Below, piece after piece: positions 61,472-64,000 of a stretch of DNA of 64,000 bases (positions within the stretch are counted from its first letter, which is position 1; each line of letters opens with the position of its first letter). The DNA comes from an uncultured Lachnospiraceae bacterium. Its GTDB lineage: Bacteria > Bacillota > Clostridia > Christensenellales > UBA1242. The notes below the pieces were generated by a model. The model worked only from the letters and a program-made list of their open reading frames with translations. It was not told the DNA's origin and did no database searches. A program made the position numbers and the translations under genes. The stretch is from positions 8,952 to 72,951 of the forward strand of contig CAZQMZ010000004.1 of the NCBI GenBank assembly GCA_964594865.1, written 5' to 3'.

Positions 61472-62378
61472 CGAACAACTTTTGGAAAAAGTTTCCGATT
61501 TACACAAAATCGCTCTTGGCGCTTTCAATGTTCGCAAAAACGGCGAAAGTATTGGTCGCCAAAGCACAAAAGAAATTGAAATTATTCCAAAAAAGAAGAA
61601 GAGCGGAATTGACATCTATGTTCAACCAAATGTGAAAAACAAGGCAGTGCATATTCCTGTCATCATCACCATGGGCGGACTTAACGACCTTGTCTATAAC
61701 GATTTCTATATCGGAGAAAATGCCGATGTCACCATTGTTGCTGGCTGCGGAATTCACAACAACACAAGCACAGACAGCATCCACAACGGCATTCACTCTT
61801 TCCACTTGAAGAAAAATTCGCATGTCAAATATATAGAGCGCCATGTTGGACAAGGCAATGGCAGTGGTGGAAAAATTTTGAACCCTGTCACAAAAATTTT
61901 TCAGCAAGAAGGTTCATTTATGGAAATTGAAACTCTGCAACTTGGCGGAGTGACTTCTTCGAAAAGAGAAACCTATGCAAAACTCAAAGACGGCGCAAAA
62001 CTCGTCATTCAAGAAAACATCTTGACAACAGACGACCAAACCGCCACCACCCTTTTCAAAGTGAATTTGATTGGCAAAGGCTCAAGCGTGGAAGTGACAA
62101 GTCACAGCGTGGCAAGAGATCGGTCATTTCAAGAATTCAAATCCAATCTCATCGGAGAAAACGAATGTTTTGGACATGTTGAGTGTGACGGAATTTTGTT
62201 GGACAATGCACGCATCATCTCCATTCCAATGATTGACGCCAAAGACAACAACTCATCACTTGTTCATGAAGCAGCAATCGGCAAAATTGCCGGAGATGAA
62301 CTTATCAAACTTATGACGCTTGGACTCACCGAAAAAGAGGCAGAAGATCTCATCATCAAAGGCTTTCTTTTGGGCTGA
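61458..62378 (+). CDS. Short SufB/SufD-family Fe-S scaffold protein (306 aa)
   Basis: C-terminal motif ECFGHVECDGILLDNARIISIPMIDAKDNNSSLVHEAAIGKIAGDELIKLMTLGLTEKEAEDLIIKGF. Start set to the ATG at 61458 behind GGAGGAAG, a 14-nt overlap with sufC. The track ORF extends upstream inside sufC. Confidence 0.8.
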   Translation: MDKIDEQLLEKVSDLHKIALGAFNVRKNGESIGRQSTKEIEIIPKKKKSGIDIYVQPNVKNKAVHIPVIITMGGLNDLVYNDFYIGENADVTIVAGCGIHNNTSTDSIHNGIHSFHLKKNSHVKYIERHVGQGNGSGGKILNPVTKIFQQEGSFMEIETLQLGGVTSSKRETYAKLKDGAKLVIQENILTTDDQTATTLFKVNLIGKGSSVEVTSHSVARDRSFQEFKSNLIGENECFGHVECDGILLDNARIISIPMIDAKDNNSSLVHEAAIGKIAGDELIKLMTLGLTEKEAEDLIIKGFLLG

Positions 62379-62414
62379 AAAAACTTAAGATATAGAAAAA
62401 GGAGAAAAAATAAA

Positions 62415-63459
62415 ATGGAAAACTTGGAAAAAATGGTTAATGCATATTTAAATGGCAATCTTTTGAACTTGGACAATATCGACACCAAACTTGAAACAAA
62501 AATGATTGAACGACTTTTTGCGAAGAAGTTTCGTAAATATTCCATCGACCCACAAGTTAGAGTTGATGTTGAAGCAAAACTTAACAACATTATTGAGAAA
62601 AAATTGCCATTGAATTTTGTGCCGTCTTTTGGCGGATACAAACATTGGTGGACTCCTTCATATCCAACCATAGATTGGGCGGAAATTTTCAACATGAAAT
62701 TTATGCTTGAATATCTGTCCCCAATTTGTGCAAGTTATGCGGGGGGGGGAATGTTCTATTGAATATGAAAGCGAGGAAATCATTTTAAGCGAATTGAACA
62801 ATGTTCCACAATCTGGGCTTGATGAATACACCAAAACTTTCAGAGAAGCATTGAAATATTTCAACCAGCAAAAATATGTTGAAATGAAGCTCAGTCTTGC
62901 AAGAGAGCAATACAAAAATTACAACTTTGACAAACAAAAACTTCTTGCAAGAATTGAAGAAATGATGCCAGAATATACCGAACGTTTCAACAACTATACC
63001 CCTGACGACCAAGCAAGAAGAATACAAAAAGCAAAAACAAATTTCAAACTTGACGGCGTTGTTGATTATACAAATTTGAGCGAAAATGAAAAAGAAGAAT
63101 TGTATAAACGTTCTCGCATTTTCAACGAAGCATTTTTGGATGCTGACTATGAAGTTCGCGGAAATGATTTTTTTGAAAAAGAAAACAACATTCCCCTTCT
63201 GTTTTCTTTTGGACTTGGACCCGGTGGTGAAACTTGGTTGCATATTGGTTCAAGCAAATCATCAATGACTGATTTCTGGGCTGGCACAGGCATTTTGGAA
63301 ATAAGAGAAAATGGTCAAATCATTGAAAGAATATTGAGTCGCAAACAATTTGAAGAGATCAAAAACAACCTTGAAAAAGTTGATGTCAAAAGTCCAATTT
63401 CAAAGATCTGCACATCTCTCACATACATCTATGTATATCAAGGCAAATTAAATTTTTGA
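62415..63459 (+). pseudogene. Orphan gene (~347 aa if fused) split by a frameshift in a G9 homopolymer (62741..62749)
   Basis: ORF 62415..62762 (frame 0) and ORF 62707..63459 (frame +1) overlap at gcGGGGGGGGGa. Removing one G joins ..ICASYAGG to ECSIEYESEEI.. in a single frame. SD (AAGGAG) precedes 62415. Confidence 0.7.
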
Positions 63460-63593
63460 ACACACGAACATTAAAACATTCCAAAGTGTATGGAAATAAC
63501 GAATGGTGTGAACCAGTGACAGATGAATATTATGACAAATTGAAATAATTAAAATAAAACAATAAAAAAACAAAATTTTATTTTTGAATTTGC

Positions 63594-63624
63594 TTGACTT
63601 GGAGTTAACTCCAAGTTTTATAAT
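63594..63624 (+). promoter_or_regulatory. MerR-type promoter with a 19-bp spacer containing a perfect 18-bp palindromic operator
   Basis: TTGACT (63594-99), 19-nt spacer, TATAAT (63619-24). The palindrome CTTGGAGTT/AACTCCAAG spans 63598-63615. It sits directly upstream of the merR-like gene. Confidence 0.75.
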
Positions 63625-63646
63625 CTATTTCAGGAGGTAAATTGAA

Positions 63647-64000
63647 GTGACAATCAAAGAGGTAAGCGAAAAGTATGGTCTCAGTCAAGACACTTTGCGC
63701 TATTATGAAAAAGTCGGCATAATTCGCCCTGTCACAAGAAAAAGTGGCATTCGAGATTATGGGCAAAAAGAACTTGACAACATTGAATTTGTGATTTGCA
63801 TGCGAAGCGCTGGTCTTCCAGTTGATGTGCTGGCGGAATATATAAAACTGTTTGACAAAGGTGACGAAACAGCAGGTCAACGCAAACAACTTCTCATTGA
63901 CCAAAGAGAGATTTTGAAACAAAAAATTGTTGAAATGAACAAAGCGCTTGACAAATTGAACTACAAAATTGATGTCTATTATTCTGAAATTGTTGATAAA
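63647..64000 (+). CDS. MerR-family transcriptional regulator (N-terminal 118 codons; the 3' end lies beyond the window)
   Basis: Hand translation from the GTG at 63647 (SD AGGAGG 9 nt upstream) gives VTIKEVSEKYGLSQDTLRYYEKVGIIRPVTRKSGIRDYGQKELDNIEFVICMRSAGLPV, a MerR wHTH plus dimerisation coiled coil. The listed minus-strand ORF 63605..63922 is its shadow. Confidence 0.85.
   Translation, partial: MTIKEVSEKYGLSQDTLRYYEKVGIIRPVTRKSGIRDYGQKELDNIEFVICMRSAGLPVDVLAEYIKLFDKGDETAGQRKQLLIDQREILKQKIVEMNKALDKLNYKIDVYYSEIVDK

Noticed and set aside
63456-63548. A short frame-0 ORF after the split orphan gene (..VYGNNEWCEPVTDEYYDKLK), considered as a second frameshifted extension or a small peptide.
   Set aside because: Frame 0 is closed upstream of it within the orphan gene. 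It has no SD or ATG, and about 30 codons is within chance expectation.

Overview
AT-rich window (about one-third G+C by eye) from an endospore-forming, low-GC Firmicute, Clostridia-like. The evidence is ftsA-ftsZ-spoIIGA-sigE-sigG-ylmC, spmAB, a SpoVB-like flippase, DUF1540, ricT/yaaT and a BclA-CTD protein. Most genes are on the minus strand and are tightly packed housekeeping genes: addAB, recO, rplI, rsmA, tatD, holB, uppP, trpS, gltX, dnaB, typA, feoAB, nrdR and a minimal sufCB-like pair. I saw no rRNA, CRISPR array, transposase or integrase. The ORF track prints GTG and TTG starts as M, so I re-trimmed several starts to the ATG that follows a Shine-Dalgarno (SD) sequence. The truncated genes at both window edges (addA, merR-like) are missing from the track and were read by hand. 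The outstanding feature is one uninterrupted 18.3-kb ORF (22814..41110, minus strand). It encodes a roughly 6,100-aa secreted, C-terminally membrane-anchored mosaic surface protein with GLUG, InlB-B/Flg_new-like and MBG/YDG-like modules. Other items worth a second look:
- An exact 23-bp duplicate of the tRNA-Met 3' end that brackets a hairpin-dense, GC-enriched segment.
- A G9 homopolymer that splits a roughly 347-aa orphan gene.
- Three consensus sigma-A promoters placed so that transcription should begin at the ATG (leaderless genes).
- Tandem NrdR boxes at nrdR's own promoter.
- A textbook MerR-type promoter with a 19-bp spacer and a perfect palindrome.
- A 213-bp, almost pure A+T gltX-trpS spacer with a motif at about 30-bp period.
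- Depletion of TTA/CTA/TCA codons, which creates long codon-aligned antisense ORFs.
- Several orphan envelope proteins embedded in housekeeping operons.
All family calls are motif recognition by eye. No database search was run.
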